Made by a program: the position numbers and the translations under genes. The notes below the pieces were generated by a model. It did not search any database. It was given only the letters and a program-made list of their open reading frames with translations, and had not been told where the DNA came from. From positions 1 to 58,485 of the forward strand of contig CAZOYD010000012.1 of the NCBI GenBank assembly GCA_964583985.1: DNA of 58,485 bases. Reading direction: 5' to 3'. Below, one piece after another: positions 1 to 12,404 of the stretch (position 1 is the stretch's first letter; each line of letters starts with the position of its first letter). This stretch comes from an uncultured archaeon. GTDB taxonomy: Archaea; Asgardarchaeota; Lokiarchaeia; Sigyniarchaeales; SOKP01.

Positions 1-221
1 CCATCAATTGAATGGCGTTCTTGAGTTATTCCCGCAATCCTGCCCATATCATGAATTAAACCCATTATATAAGCCGTATTTTCATTAAGATTTTCTATCT
101 TGTTCGCAATTATTTTGGCAGCATTAGCAACATATTTACTGTGCTTTACCCAAGGTCCTGGATTATGTAGATAACCTTCTTTCAACCAATCTTCCACAAG
201 GCTAATTTCAGGTAATTTCAT
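1..221 (-). CDS. HD-domain phosphohydrolase, N-terminal part (runs off the window start)
   Basis: Manual translation from ATG 221: MKLPEISLVEDWLKEGYLHNPGPWVKHSKYVANAAKIIA...GLIHDMGRIAG...ERHSID, with an H...HD motif. Confidence 0.75.
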   Translation of the reverse strand, partial: MKLPEISLVEDWLKEGYLHNPGPWVKHSKYVANAAKIIANKIENLNENTAYIMGLIHDMGRIAGITQERHSID

Positions 222-324
222 TATTAATCTCTCAATGTATTTTATACAACTTGTAAGTTAATAATCTATTTAATTTGAATTAGTTAGGATTATGAAAAGA
301 ATGTGAAAGTTCTAAAAAGCTTGG

Positions 325-1626
325 CTAAGGTGATTTTCTAAGCATAGTCCGCGGAAACGCGATCGCATCCTTTATATTATCTAATCCACAGATCCACGAA
401 ATTACCCTTTCAACTCCTAAACCATACCCTGAATGTGGAACACTTCCATAGGTTCTTAAGTCAAAATACCAGTTATAGGTTTTGGGATCTTCTCCTTCAG
501 CTCGTAATCTTTCCTTCATATTTTCAACTAATAAACTCCTCTCGGATCCTCCTATTATCTCGCAGTATCCTTCTGGAGCAAGCATATCAAAACACAATGC
601 TTCTTTAGGATTTTCTGAGCTAGGTGGCTTATAAAATCCCATGATCTCTGTCGGATAATGTGTTACCACAACAGGAACTTTAAAGTGGTCAGCAATCTTT
701 GCTTCTTCAATTGTTCTTAAATCTTTTCCCCAAGGAACTTTCATTTCATAATTTTCTTCAAGAAGCTTTAAGGCATCAATATATTTTATAGTAGGATATT
801 CTGCAGTCTCATATTTTTCTAATAGACTAATATCTCTTTCCAAAATTTCAAGTTCTTTCCTATTATTCTTTAAGACTTCCTTAATGATATATCTTATCTC
901 TGCTTTAGCTACTTCTGTGATTTCATCTAATTGCATCCAAGCAGCTTCCATTTCTGCCATCCAAAATTCCGATAAATGCCTCGAAGTTTTTGATTTTTCA
1001 GCTCTAAAGGTTGGACCCATATTATAAATCTTTCCCAGAGAAAATATTCCTGCCTCGGCATATAACTGCCACGATTGACTTAGATATACTTTATCATCAT
1101 AATACTTAACCTCAAATAATGTTGATCCTCCTTCAGACATGCTAGGCTGAAAAATAGGAGCATCAAATTCATAATATCCATTACTTCTGAAGAATTGATG
1201 AATAGCTCCAACAATAGTATGTCGAATTTTAAGTACAGCATTTAATTTTCTTGATCTTATCCAAAGATGCCTATTATCATAAAGGAGTTCAGGGGATTGA
1301 TGCTCAGTTATTGGGAATGGTTCAGCTATTTGAATTATCTCCATATCATTTACAGATACTTCATAACCAGTTGGAGCCCTATCATCTTTCTTTATATCTC
1401 CTGAAAGTTTTACCGAAGATTCAATAGTTAGTTTTTCAGCGATCTCAAAGATTTGGGGATTTTTACTGTTTGAGATGACACATTGAATAATATCAGATTC
1501 ATCTCTTAAAATTATGAAAACAAACTTGTTTGACGATCTATGTCGGTAAATCCAGCCTCTTAATTTAACTTTGCCAGATTCTTTTTTTAAAGCCTCTTCT
1601 ATTGTAATATATTCTGATTCTTTCAT
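325..1626 (-). CDS. asnS: Asparaginyl-tRNA synthetase
   Basis: OB-fold anticodon domain (LRGWI..FIILRD), class IIb motif 2 (GPTFRAEKSKTSRHLSEFW), motif 3 (PHSGYGLGVER), FPR C-terminus; ATG at 1626 preferred over TTG 1635. Confidence 0.9.
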   Translation of the reverse strand: MKESEYITIEEALKKESGKVKLRGWIYRHRSSNKFVFIILRDESDIIQCVISNSKNPQIFEIAEKLTIESSVKLSGDIKKDDRAPTGYEVSVNDMEIIQIAEPFPITEHQSPELLYDNRHLWIRSRKLNAVLKIRHTIVGAIHQFFRSNGYYEFDAPIFQPSMSEGGSTLFEVKYYDDKVYLSQSWQLYAEAGIFSLGKIYNMGPTFRAEKSKTSRHLSEFWMAEMEAAWMQLDEITEVAKAEIRYIIKEVLKNNRKELEILERDISLLEKYETAEYPTIKYIDALKLLEENYEMKVPWGKDLRTIEEAKIADHFKVPVVVTHYPTEIMGFYKPPSSENPKEALCFDMLAPEGYCEIIGGSERSLLVENMKERLRAEGEDPKTYNWYFDLRTYGSVPHSGYGLGVERVISWICGLDNIKDAIAFPRTMLRKSP

Positions 1627-1783
1627 TATCAACAATTAGAATATCGAGAAATTAATCCCAATGATACTTTTTACTAATTGCTTCAATAGAATAAAACATA
1701 AAATAATAAATTTGTGTTATAAGTCAGAAATCTAAGAGAAAAATTATTTGTAGAAAAAACTGCAAGCTACTATTTAAATTCAA

Positions 1784-2332
1784 TCATATAATGAAAATTG
1801 CAGCTGCGAGAGCACATGCCCATTCATCTTCCTCTCTAACGGTAGCAGATTCAGTAATATTTTTGGTTTCAACTATTTTGTTTTCCATTCTGAAAACTTC
1901 GCGTTTTTCATCATAATTGGCGTCGGGATCAAATGAAACTCCCAATGTTGTAGCTAACATTTCTGCTGCTAAATCTTCTGCTATATCTCCTGTTTTTTCG
2001 GGTTTTACTCCGAATGTATGATGTTCACTTAAATATCCATATTGACCTTTATCAGCTGGCTTTGCTACACCTATCGCTGCAGAAATCAAGCGATTAAATT
2101 CATTGGATTCAACTCTAGCGAGTACTGTATACACAACCTGTCCAGGACGGAATTGCTTAAGACCATCTTCCTTGCTTATTTCAATACAATAGGGAGGAAA
2201 TATAGAAGAAACGCTAACTAAATTGAATTTCTCAATTCCCGCATCTCTAAGAGCTGCTTCAAAAGCTGCCAGTCTTTTTTTGTGAAATCCTTTACCTTTT
2301 ACAAAGAATACTTTTTTTGGGACAAGTGACAT
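1784..2332 (-). CDS. pdaD: Pyruvoyl-dependent arginine decarboxylase
   Basis: FEAALRDAGIEKFNLVSVSSIFPP with the Ser-Ser self-cleavage site; YGYLSEHH. Confidence 0.92.
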   Translation of the reverse strand: MSLVPKKVFFVKGKGFHKKRLAAFEAALRDAGIEKFNLVSVSSIFPPYCIEISKEDGLKQFRPGQVVYTVLARVESNEFNRLISAAIGVAKPADKGQYGYLSEHHTFGVKPEKTGDIAEDLAAEMLATTLGVSFDPDANYDEKREVFRMENKIVETKNITESATVREEDEWACALAAAIFII

Positions 2333-2675
2333 GTTTCAATATAAAATGTATTATATATATTAATTATGCAAAAAAAATAATAATTAATATTTAAATGTAT
2401 TTGAAAATTATAGATTTACTCGGATACCTTGATTCTAAAGTTTTATTATTAACCCTATTTAGAGAGATATTTATTATATTCTAATTTGTTATGAAGATAT
2501 ATGGGAGAATTAGAGTAAAATCAAAAAAATAATGTTTAAGATATCTTTTATTCAAAGAATCATGAATCCATTATGTCAATTAATAAAGGGAGTAATTAGA
2601 TAAATTGGATTTTTTTTTTAATTCAAGCTGATTGCATTAATTTATTTAATAAATTTGGAATACTTCATTCATATT

Positions 2676-3665
2676 ATGAATAAAACACATAAAGAAGACT
2701 ACTTAAGTCAAAAAATAACTCCGTTTAATGTTAAAGAAGTCAAAAATGTGGATGATCTTCTGAGTGCACTTAAATATTGTGGATTTCAAGGAAGAAACTT
2801 AGGGATAGCTTTAGATATTCTTTATAAAATGGTCAGTAATCCAGACATTTTAACCGTATTGACATTAAGTGGTGCCATGGTTCCCGCAGGTATGGGAGAT
2901 TTAATTTGCACGTTAATGGAAAATAAATTGATTGATGTTTTAGTTTCTACAGGAGCAAATATCATACATGATTTTCTCGATACTGTGACTAATATGGGGC
3001 ACTATATTGGAAATCCCAACATGGATGATAATGAGTTATATAAATTGAGAATTAATAGAATTTATGATACTTTACTCCCAGAAGGAAATTATAAGATTGC
3101 AGAAGATATATTACTAGATATCATTCATAGTTTATTTGAATCCAAAGAAATCAGCATTTTACCTTCAGATCTATTAAAAAAAGTTGGTGAAAAATTAAAT
3201 AAAAGGAGTATTTTAACTATAGCTGCTAAGAATAACATTCCTATTTTTGTTCCAGCATTTTCTGATTCTGAATTTGCATTAAACTTAATTAAATATTCGG
3301 TTAGAGAAGGTTATAAATTTAATCTTGATATCTTCGGAGATGTATTAAAATTTGCAGATGTTATAAGAAAATCCAAAGAACACGGTACTTTAATAATTGG
3401 AGGGGGTGTTCCAAGAAATTGGGCTCAACAAATTTTTCCTTTACTTGATCAAATAGAAAATGTTGAAAATATGGGATATAAATATTCAGTTAGAATACAT
3501 ACTGCTACCGAATATGATGGTGGTCTTTCTGGTTGCACAATTTCTGAATCAAAAAGTTGGGGAAAATATTCTTTAGAGGCAAAATATATAAGTGTATGGT
3601 GTGATGCGTCCATTGCCTTACCAATTTTGGTTACAGGACTATTACAGAGAATGAAAATCATCTAA
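2676..3665 (+). CDS. dys: Deoxyhypusine synthase (DHS family)
   Basis: GFQGRNLG, SGAMVPAGM, VSTGANI.HD, IGGGVPRN, GGLSGCTISESKSWGK with the catalytic Lys. Confidence 0.9.
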   Translation: MNKTHKEDYLSQKITPFNVKEVKNVDDLLSALKYCGFQGRNLGIALDILYKMVSNPDILTVLTLSGAMVPAGMGDLICTLMENKLIDVLVSTGANIIHDFLDTVTNMGHYIGNPNMDDNELYKLRINRIYDTLLPEGNYKIAEDILLDIIHSLFESKEISILPSDLLKKVGEKLNKRSILTIAAKNNIPIFVPAFSDSEFALNLIKYSVREGYKFNLDIFGDVLKFADVIRKSKEHGTLIIGGGVPRNWAQQIFPLLDQIENVENMGYKYSVRIHTATEYDGGLSGCTISESKSWGKYSLEAKYISVWCDASIALPILVTGLLQRMKII

Positions 3666-3790
3666 TCTTATTCAAATTAGAAAATTTTCACTTTTACTTG
3701 AAATTCTAATTAAAAAAAATTTATTAAAAAAATTTAGAGGGTTTTAGATTAAATTTTAGGCATTAAAAGAGGCTATCGGTCTATTTTAAT

Positions 3791-3895
3791 TTATATATCT
3801 TCATCGTCTTCGTCAAAATCGTCCCAATCTTCATCTTCGTCGTCCATATCGTCCCAATCTTCATCGTCGTCGTCATCTTTAAAATCAATATCCAT
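3791..3895 (-). CDS. 34-aa highly acidic microprotein MDIDFKDDDDDEDWDDMDDEDEDWDDFDEDDEDI
   Basis: Open frame from ATG 3895 to TAA 3791; strong SD GGAGGA about 7 nt upstream; GC-richer than the AT-rich flanks; below the ORF-track cutoff. Confidence 0.7.
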   Translation of the reverse strand: MDIDFKDDDDDEDWDDMDDEDEDWDDFDEDDEDI

Positions 3896-4189
3896 TTTAA
3901 TTTCCTCCCATCTTATTATATTTTTATTGAGATTAAAAAGTGTGTGAGATAACAATAATGAGAAAAACCAATAACAAATTTAAATATTACTATAAAAAAT
4001 AGTATTATTTTTGATCTATTTAACCAATAATAGAATTATGGGATTTAAATATCGATAAATTATCATTGAATTTGTTTTTCTTATAATTGTAATTATAAAT
4101 TTGTGTTTAGAAATGATTTCATTATGGTAGGGATTCTATCTAATGGCTCAAATATATCAAAAAATAGCACTATTAAAGGTTTAAAACAA

Positions 4190-4987
4190 TTATTCAATTT
4201 TACGAGTGGTTTTCTTTTTTCTTAAAAGATATCTAGAAAAAATATTCATATAAAGGCACTCTTCAGGAGCCATTTCCGGTGATAGTGTTGGATTTTCAGT
4301 AAATTTAACGTTTGTCCCCCTAATCACTACAATCGGTGTTTGTTGATTTGCTTCACTCAAAAGAAATTGCGCTGCACTAGCAAGATCGTCAGCTACGGCC
4401 CTCATCGTTATTTCTAAAGGTCTGTTGAAAAGATCTGGAGTTCCTCGAAGATCTTCAACGGGTTCAAATCCAGCTGTTGCGATAGCAATCCCAATTGTTC
4501 CCTTTCTTAAGGGTTGCACCCTCGAGTCAGAGATAATCACTCCTAAATCTTTGATATTAAATGTCTCTTTCAAAGTTTCTCGGTATTTCGTTATGGTTTC
4601 TTGAAGTTTTTCTGGTAAAAGCACCACTTGATTTGGTCCCGCATTAGATTGATCGATTCCTGAATTCGCAATCAAAAAATCATTAACTTTTGTCAAAATG
4701 ACATGAGTCATGCCACCTAGTATCATTGATGCCTCATTGATGATTAATTCCACATATCGTGGATCCATATCATATTTCTTTGCTAAATTTTTAGCTTTTG
4801 GGGATATATTGTGTACATCATCTAAATTAACAACCCTGCCTTGAGATGTTGCGATCACTTTTTCGGCAATAACGATGATATCTCCTTCTTCAAGAGAATT
4901 TAATTTTTCCTTGATGGATTTAATTAAGGTTTTTATTAGTGGATCCCCCATTTTAATTAAGGGTAACTTTAAAGAAATCAGTTCCAT
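4190..4987 (-). CDS. cofE: CofE-family gamma-glutamyl ligase (F420-0:L-glutamate ligase, or folate-glutamylating FolC2-like)
   Basis: GDIIVIAEKVIATSQGR, ANSGIDQSN, VIISDSRVQPLRKGTIGIA, DLFNRPL..T.RAVADDLASAA; likely start MELISL at 4987, which removes the overlap with folP. Confidence 0.85.
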   Translation of the reverse strand: MELISLKLPLIKMGDPLIKTLIKSIKEKLNSLEEGDIIVIAEKVIATSQGRVVNLDDVHNISPKAKNLAKKYDMDPRYVELIINEASMILGGMTHVILTKVNDFLIANSGIDQSNAGPNQVVLLPEKLQETITKYRETLKETFNIKDLGVIISDSRVQPLRKGTIGIAIATAGFEPVEDLRGTPDLFNRPLEITMRAVADDLASAAQFLLSEANQQTPIVVIRGTNVKFTENPTLSPEMAPEECLYMNIFSRYLLRKKKTTRKIE

Positions 4988-5042
4988 TGTATGTAAAAAA
5001 ATTAAACTTATTTGATATACTTTTTTTCTCTTACTGAGGAAA

Positions 5043-5912
5043 ATGGAAAAAATACAAGTAAAACTATATGATTTTTTGGATATTGGCGATGATTTTCCAA
5101 CAATTATCATGGGTGTGTTGAATTTAAGTCCAGAATCCTTCTATAAAGGCTCGGTATACGAAGATCAGAAAGCATTGGAAAAAATAACTTTAGAAATGAT
5201 AAATAATGGAGCACAAATGCTCGACCTAGGTGCTCGTTCTACCGCTCCATGGTCAAAAAAAATTAGCGTATCAGAAGAACTTGATAGAATAATTCCCGCA
5301 ATGGAAACATGTTGTAAGATCGTCCCAGATGATGTTATAATATCTATAGATACCCAATATCGAGACGTTGCTCGAAAAACACACGATATTGCTTTAAGGT
5401 TCAAAAAGAAAATCATAATTAACGATGTGAGTTGTCTAAAAACGGACCCCAAGTTATTAAATTTTATTGTACAGCATGATTTGCCCATTATTCTAATGAT
5501 TTCTAAGTCTGTACCGGGCGATTTACTAACGATTGAAGAAATTGTCAAAGAATCAAAACGAACCATTAAATTATTAAATTCTAAGGGGTATGATACTAAA
5601 AAATTAATATTAGATCCCGGAATTGGTCACTGGATTGAGGAAAAAACTCCTGAATGTGATATGAAAATAATTGGAAACTTACAAAAACTTCACTCTCTTA
5701 GACGACCAATCTTAGTGGCAATTTCCAGAAAATCTTTTATCGGAACAACTTTAAACATTCCCGAACCTGAAAAGCGACTTAATGGAACTCTCTCAGCTAC
5801 TGCAATAGCGGTCTTTAATGGCGCACACGTAATTCGAACTCATGACGTGAATTCACAATTATCCGAAATTGTAAAAATGGCAGAATCAATGAGAAGGAAC
5901 TCTAATTTCTAA
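5043..5912 (+). CDS. folP: Dihydropteroate synthase
   Basis: IMGVLNLSPESFY, DLGARSTAP, ISIDT, INDVS, ILDPGIG, ISRKSFIG, IRTHDV. Confidence 0.92.
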   Translation: MEKIQVKLYDFLDIGDDFPTIIMGVLNLSPESFYKGSVYEDQKALEKITLEMINNGAQMLDLGARSTAPWSKKISVSEELDRIIPAMETCCKIVPDDVIISIDTQYRDVARKTHDIALRFKKKIIINDVSCLKTDPKLLNFIVQHDLPIILMISKSVPGDLLTIEEIVKESKRTIKLLNSKGYDTKKLILDPGIGHWIEEKTPECDMKIIGNLQKLHSLRRPILVAISRKSFIGTTLNIPEPEKRLNGTLSATAIAVFNGAHVIRTHDVNSQLSEIVKMAESMRRNSNF

Positions 5913-6373
5913 GACTTTTCTTTTCACTAAAAGCAAGTATAATACAGTCAATTTTAGAGCTTTAAAAATCTATTACTAAAGTTGATGATAGAATCTTTTT
6001 GACGTGAAATTTAGCTTAAATCAATAAATAATAATTTTAATGAGACCTCTTCTAATTTTGGACAATTTTCTTGAAAGAAACAGTTTTAACTAAGCACATT
6101 TCACGTAAATATTACTTTAAATTTCTGAAACACTCAATATAAACGTGCCGAATTTTAGCTTTAATTTTAATGATATGAAATTTTCCAAGAATATTTAAAA
6201 GAATCCAATAATTCTGATAATTTTTTCTTTCTTAAAAGCCTTAAAAAAATGTGCTAACATTTAAAAAATCGGAATGATATACATTATATGTAAATTGATA
6301 AATTATCACGGTAATTCATTTAAGAATTGATAAATTTACGATTACAAAATTACACGATCCGATTCGATTTCTT

Positions 6374-8434
<2,061 letters not shown>

Positions 8435-8466
8435 TTTTAGGAAAATTTATCAAATGAGGTAATAAA

Positions 8467-10917
8467 TTGACAACGGAACAAATTGAGGACACGTTTTTAA
8501 AAGAGCGATTACAATCCAGTTATATTGACTATGCCATGTCAACAATAATTGGCAGGGCGATTCCGGATGTTCGAGACGGATTGAAGCCGGTCCATAGACG
8601 CATAATCTATGCCATGTTAACAAATAATTGGTATTCAAATGGACCGCATGTAAAATGTGCTAAAATTGTTGGTGAAGTGTTAGGAAACTTCCATCCTCAC
8701 GGTGATATGGCCGTATATAATTCTTTAGTAAGAATGGGACAAGATTTTTCATTGCGATATCCTCTCATTCATCCTCAAGGGAACTTTGGTTCGATAGATG
8801 GAGATCCTCCTGCAGCTTATCGTTATACTGAGGCGCGACTTTCCTTGATTTCGAATGAACTCATTGAAGATATTGATAAAGATACAGTTGATTTTATTCC
8901 AAATTTCGATGGCACTACTCTAGAACCCGTGTATATGCCTTCCAAACTCCCTAATATTTTATTGAATGGCACTAAGGGGATTGCGGTAGGAATGGCTACA
9001 TCCATGCCTCCTCATAACTTAAGAGAAGTATGTGACGGGATAATAGCAACAATCGATGATCCAGAGATCTCAATTGAAGAGTTAATGCAATTTATTAAAG
9101 GTCCAGATTTTCCTACGGGGGGAATAATTCAAGGAACAAGTGGAATTTATAATTCATTCACTACTGGAATCGGTGCTTTTTCCCTAAGTGGAAGAATTGA
9201 AACTGAAATAAAAGGAAAAAGTACGAGTTTAATCATCACTGAAATTCCATATTTAGTCAATAAAACCGTATTGATAGAATCTATTGCCAAGTTAATTAAA
9301 GACGGCGTATTAAAGGATGTGAGAGATTTACGAGATGAATCTGACAGGAACGGAATGCGAATCGTGTTAGATCTTACTAAAAGTGCACAACCGGTGATAA
9401 TAGAAAATATATTACTCAAACGAACAAAGTTAATGAGTAGTTTCAACACGACTAACTTGGTCTTGATTAATAATGGGAAACAACCAAAAATCCTCAACCT
9501 AAAAGAAATCATTGAAGAGTATTTAGAACATCGATTAGATGTTATTTACAAGAAAACGGAATTCTTATTAAAAAAAGCACAAGAACGCCTTCATAAAGTA
9601 GAAGGGTTACTAATCGCTTTAAATGATATTGATAATGTAGTTAACCTTATTAAAAACTCAAAAGACGCGAATGAAGCAAGAGAGAAGCTCAAATCTGCAT
9701 ATGGATTAAGTGATATTCAAGTTCAATCCATATTAAGCATGCCTTTATCTCGATTAACAAGTCTAGAAATCCAAAAATTAGTAGAAGAAAAGGATGAATT
9801 GAATAAGAGTATTGCCGAATACAATAAAATCCTTAAGGACGAATCAATTCGATTAGGTATTATAAAAGTAGAATTACAGGAATTAAGCAAGAAGTACGGA
9901 GATGACAGAAAAACGGAAATAAAATTCATTGAAGAAGAAGAGGATAGTACCAGAGATGTAGATAGAAAAGCTTTTATTAAAAAAGAACCCACCATTGTTA
10001 TCTTTACAAAAAATCAATACATCAAACGCATATCCTTGGAAGATTACCAAGCTCAAAGACGTGGCGGTCGAGGTAAAAAGGGAATGACAATCAGAGAGGA
10101 AGATCTCATTGACGATCTATTCGTTAGTACAACTCACGACACGATCTTAATTTTTACATCACAAGGACGCGTGTATTCTATAAAATGTTATGATATCCCT
10201 TTACAAACCAGAACTGCTCGAGGAAAACCAATCATCAATTTAATTCCGCTCCAAGAAGGTGAACGGGTTGCCTCGATGATTCCTATCAATAATTTTGCTA
10301 CGTCAGAGATGTTAATAATGACGACTAAAAATGGAATCATAAAGAAGACCCCCTTAAAGTTATTCTCTAAATTTAAATCTACTGGCGTACGTGCTCAAAG
10401 AATTAAATCGGGTGATGAATTAGTTAGTGTCAAGAGGCTAAAAAATGAATTGCAAGATATTTTTTTGGTGACAAAGCTTGGTTATGCAATAAGGTTCGAT
10501 GAATCGGAATTAAGAGAATTAGGTAAAACATCCATGGGAGTGAAAGGAGCTGATCTTAGAGAAAATGACGATATTATTGATACTCTTCTTGTTTCCGATG
10601 ATGATATCATATTAACATTGACAAAAAATGGTCATGGTCAAAGAACAAAAGTAAAAGAATATCGAAAGACTGGAAGAGGTGCCAAAGGAGTCAGAAATAT
10701 CAGTTTAAATTTAGAACAGAAGGATGAGGTTATTGCATCAAGAATCGCACATCACATGGATCTTTTGATTGGAACCGAACAAGGACAAGTCATAAGAGTC
10801 CCAGTTGATTCAATACGGATAACTCATAGAAAAGCTAAAGGTGTCAGGGTGATAAAATTGTATGAAAACGATTCAGTAGTGGCTATTGGTAAGTGTACAA
10901 AAGAATCTTCTGAATAA
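8467..10917 (+). CDS. gyrA: DNA gyrase subunit A
   Basis: DVRDGLKPVHRR, HPHGD, AAYRYTEARL (catalytic Tyr), GyrA-box QRRGGRG, C-terminal beta-pinwheel repeats; TTG start after SD GAGGT. Confidence 0.96.
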   Translation: MTTEQIEDTFLKERLQSSYIDYAMSTIIGRAIPDVRDGLKPVHRRIIYAMLTNNWYSNGPHVKCAKIVGEVLGNFHPHGDMAVYNSLVRMGQDFSLRYPLIHPQGNFGSIDGDPPAAYRYTEARLSLISNELIEDIDKDTVDFIPNFDGTTLEPVYMPSKLPNILLNGTKGIAVGMATSMPPHNLREVCDGIIATIDDPEISIEELMQFIKGPDFPTGGIIQGTSGIYNSFTTGIGAFSLSGRIETEIKGKSTSLIITEIPYLVNKTVLIESIAKLIKDGVLKDVRDLRDESDRNGMRIVLDLTKSAQPVIIENILLKRTKLMSSFNTTNLVLINNGKQPKILNLKEIIEEYLEHRLDVIYKKTEFLLKKAQERLHKVEGLLIALNDIDNVVNLIKNSKDANEAREKLKSAYGLSDIQVQSILSMPLSRLTSLEIQKLVEEKDELNKSIAEYNKILKDESIRLGIIKVELQELSKKYGDDRKTEIKFIEEEEDSTRDVDRKAFIKKEPTIVIFTKNQYIKRISLEDYQAQRRGGRGKKGMTIREEDLIDDLFVSTTHDTILIFTSQGRVYSIKCYDIPLQTRTARGKPIINLIPLQEGERVASMIPINNFATSEMLIMTTKNGIIKKTPLKLFSKFKSTGVRAQRIKSGDELVSVKRLKNELQDIFLVTKLGYAIRFDESELRELGKTSMGVKGADLRENDDIIDTLLVSDDDIILTLTKNGHGQRTKVKEYRKTGRGAKGVRNISLNLEQKDEVIASRIAHHMDLLIGTEQGQVIRVPVDSIRITHRKAKGVRVIKLYENDSVVAIGKCTKESSE

Positions 10918-10940
10918 TAACTAAATCTTCAATTTAGAAG

Positions 10941-11303
10941 TTATTTCTCTTTCTTTACATATGGTATGACGCAAATAAATGCAAGATCATTTTCTCCAAG
11001 ATTTTCCATGGAATGTTTTTCTAAAGGAGGAATGTAAAATACATCACCCTCATTCGCTAGCTCTTCTTGTCCCTTATCATTAGAGAATTTCCCCTTTCCT
11101 TGTAGAATAAAAATTTCGTGATCTTCGAGATGACCATGCAAGGGAACTTTTCCTCCTGGTTTGATCTCGATTCGACGCATGGCAAAATTACGAGCACCAT
11201 CATCTTTGTCAACTAACCAACGAATAAAGACGTCTTTTACTGGAGTACCATCGGCTAAAATCGCTTGTTTATTTTCGACTTTTTCCCATTGTTTTTTTAG
11301 CAT
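10941..11303 (-). CDS. Cupin domain protein
   Basis: PLHGHLEDHEIFILQGKG...GDVFYIPPLEKHSMEN cupin motifs. Confidence 0.88.
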   Translation of the reverse strand: MLKKQWEKVENKQAILADGTPVKDVFIRWLVDKDDGARNFAMRRIEIKPGGKVPLHGHLEDHEIFILQGKGKFSNDKGQEELANEGDVFYIPPLEKHSMENLGENDLAFICVIPYVKKEK

Positions 11304-11377
11304 GATTTAAAATAATTATTCTTCTTATAAATTCATAACATGTTCTGTTAAAATTATCTAAAAAAGGTTGAGCGCTG

Positions 11378-12310
11378 ATGAATGCTGAAAATAATATTGG
11401 ATTCGATTGTTCTCATGACAATAAACTAAGGATCGAAGACACTGGATTTACCGATTTTATAGAATATTTATTTAATTCTGATTTTAAAGTGGGGAAAATT
11501 GAAGCTGGAATAACGTATGAGAAACTATCCAAATACAATATCTTTATAATTGGCGTACCAATGAATGAGAAATACATAACTCCAGAAGAAATTGCAGATA
11601 TTATTAAATATGTTCGAGATGGAGGGAGTGTATTTGCAATAAATGATAAAGGCGGAGATTTCGAAAATAAGAATAATATAAGCGAGCTGACGAAACATTT
11701 TGGAGTCACTTTCAACCCGGATTCATTATATGATAATGAACATTTTTCTAAAAACAATTCGCGACCCATAATAAATAAGTTTAAAGCTCACTTCATCACT
11801 CGGGATCTTAATCAAATAATTCATTCTGGAGGGTGTACTCTAACAATTGATAAAACGATTGAAGATACGGATATAGATATAAATGCCATTGCATTTTCTT
11901 CCGAAGATTCTTCATGGCATAAAGTTTATATGCATGACGTTTGGATGGATGAACCCGTAAGTAAAGCACCAATATTGGCGGTTGGTCATTATGGATTGGG
12001 AAAGGTTGTAATGCTAGCAAATTTATCGTTAATCTCAGGCTTTAATGATCAATATGGTATCCATGGGGCTGATAATTTCAAGTTAATAGTAAATATCATA
12101 TCTTGGCTTTTTAATAAAGTTCATTCGAAAGAAGCGCGACTCACGCAACCTATCTATTGTACCCTACCAATTAAACAAGAGCTATATTATTGGATCAGGG
12201 ATATCATAGAAACTGACGAGCGCTGGAGCAGTATTCAAGATGTTATAAACTTTGCTCTCAACGTGATGAAACTTCGCATGAAAAACCAAGAAATTCTAAA
12301 TGAAGAATAA
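11378..12310 (+). CDS. DUF4350/GIFT (GldG-IFT52-like) domain protein with a possible C-terminal ribbon-helix-helix
   Basis: IGFDCSHDN, LSKYNIFIIGVP, IIKYVRDGGSVF, HFITRDL, YGLGKVV, DNFKLIVNIISWL; C-terminus resembles an RHH. Confidence 0.6.
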   Translation: MNAENNIGFDCSHDNKLRIEDTGFTDFIEYLFNSDFKVGKIEAGITYEKLSKYNIFIIGVPMNEKYITPEEIADIIKYVRDGGSVFAINDKGGDFENKNNISELTKHFGVTFNPDSLYDNEHFSKNNSRPIINKFKAHFITRDLNQIIHSGGCTLTIDKTIEDTDIDINAIAFSSEDSSWHKVYMHDVWMDEPVSKAPILAVGHYGLGKVVMLANLSLISGFNDQYGIHGADNFKLIVNIISWLFNKVHSKEARLTQPIYCTLPIKQELYYWIRDIIETDERWSSIQDVINFALNVMKLRMKNQEILNEE

Positions 12311-12404
12311 AATGCTCTTTTTATGAAAATAAATTCATCAAAATTTTTATATCAAGCCCTCTAATTCATTTTAAAGAAGTTAATTTTAGAAAAGAGATTT
12401 TAAC

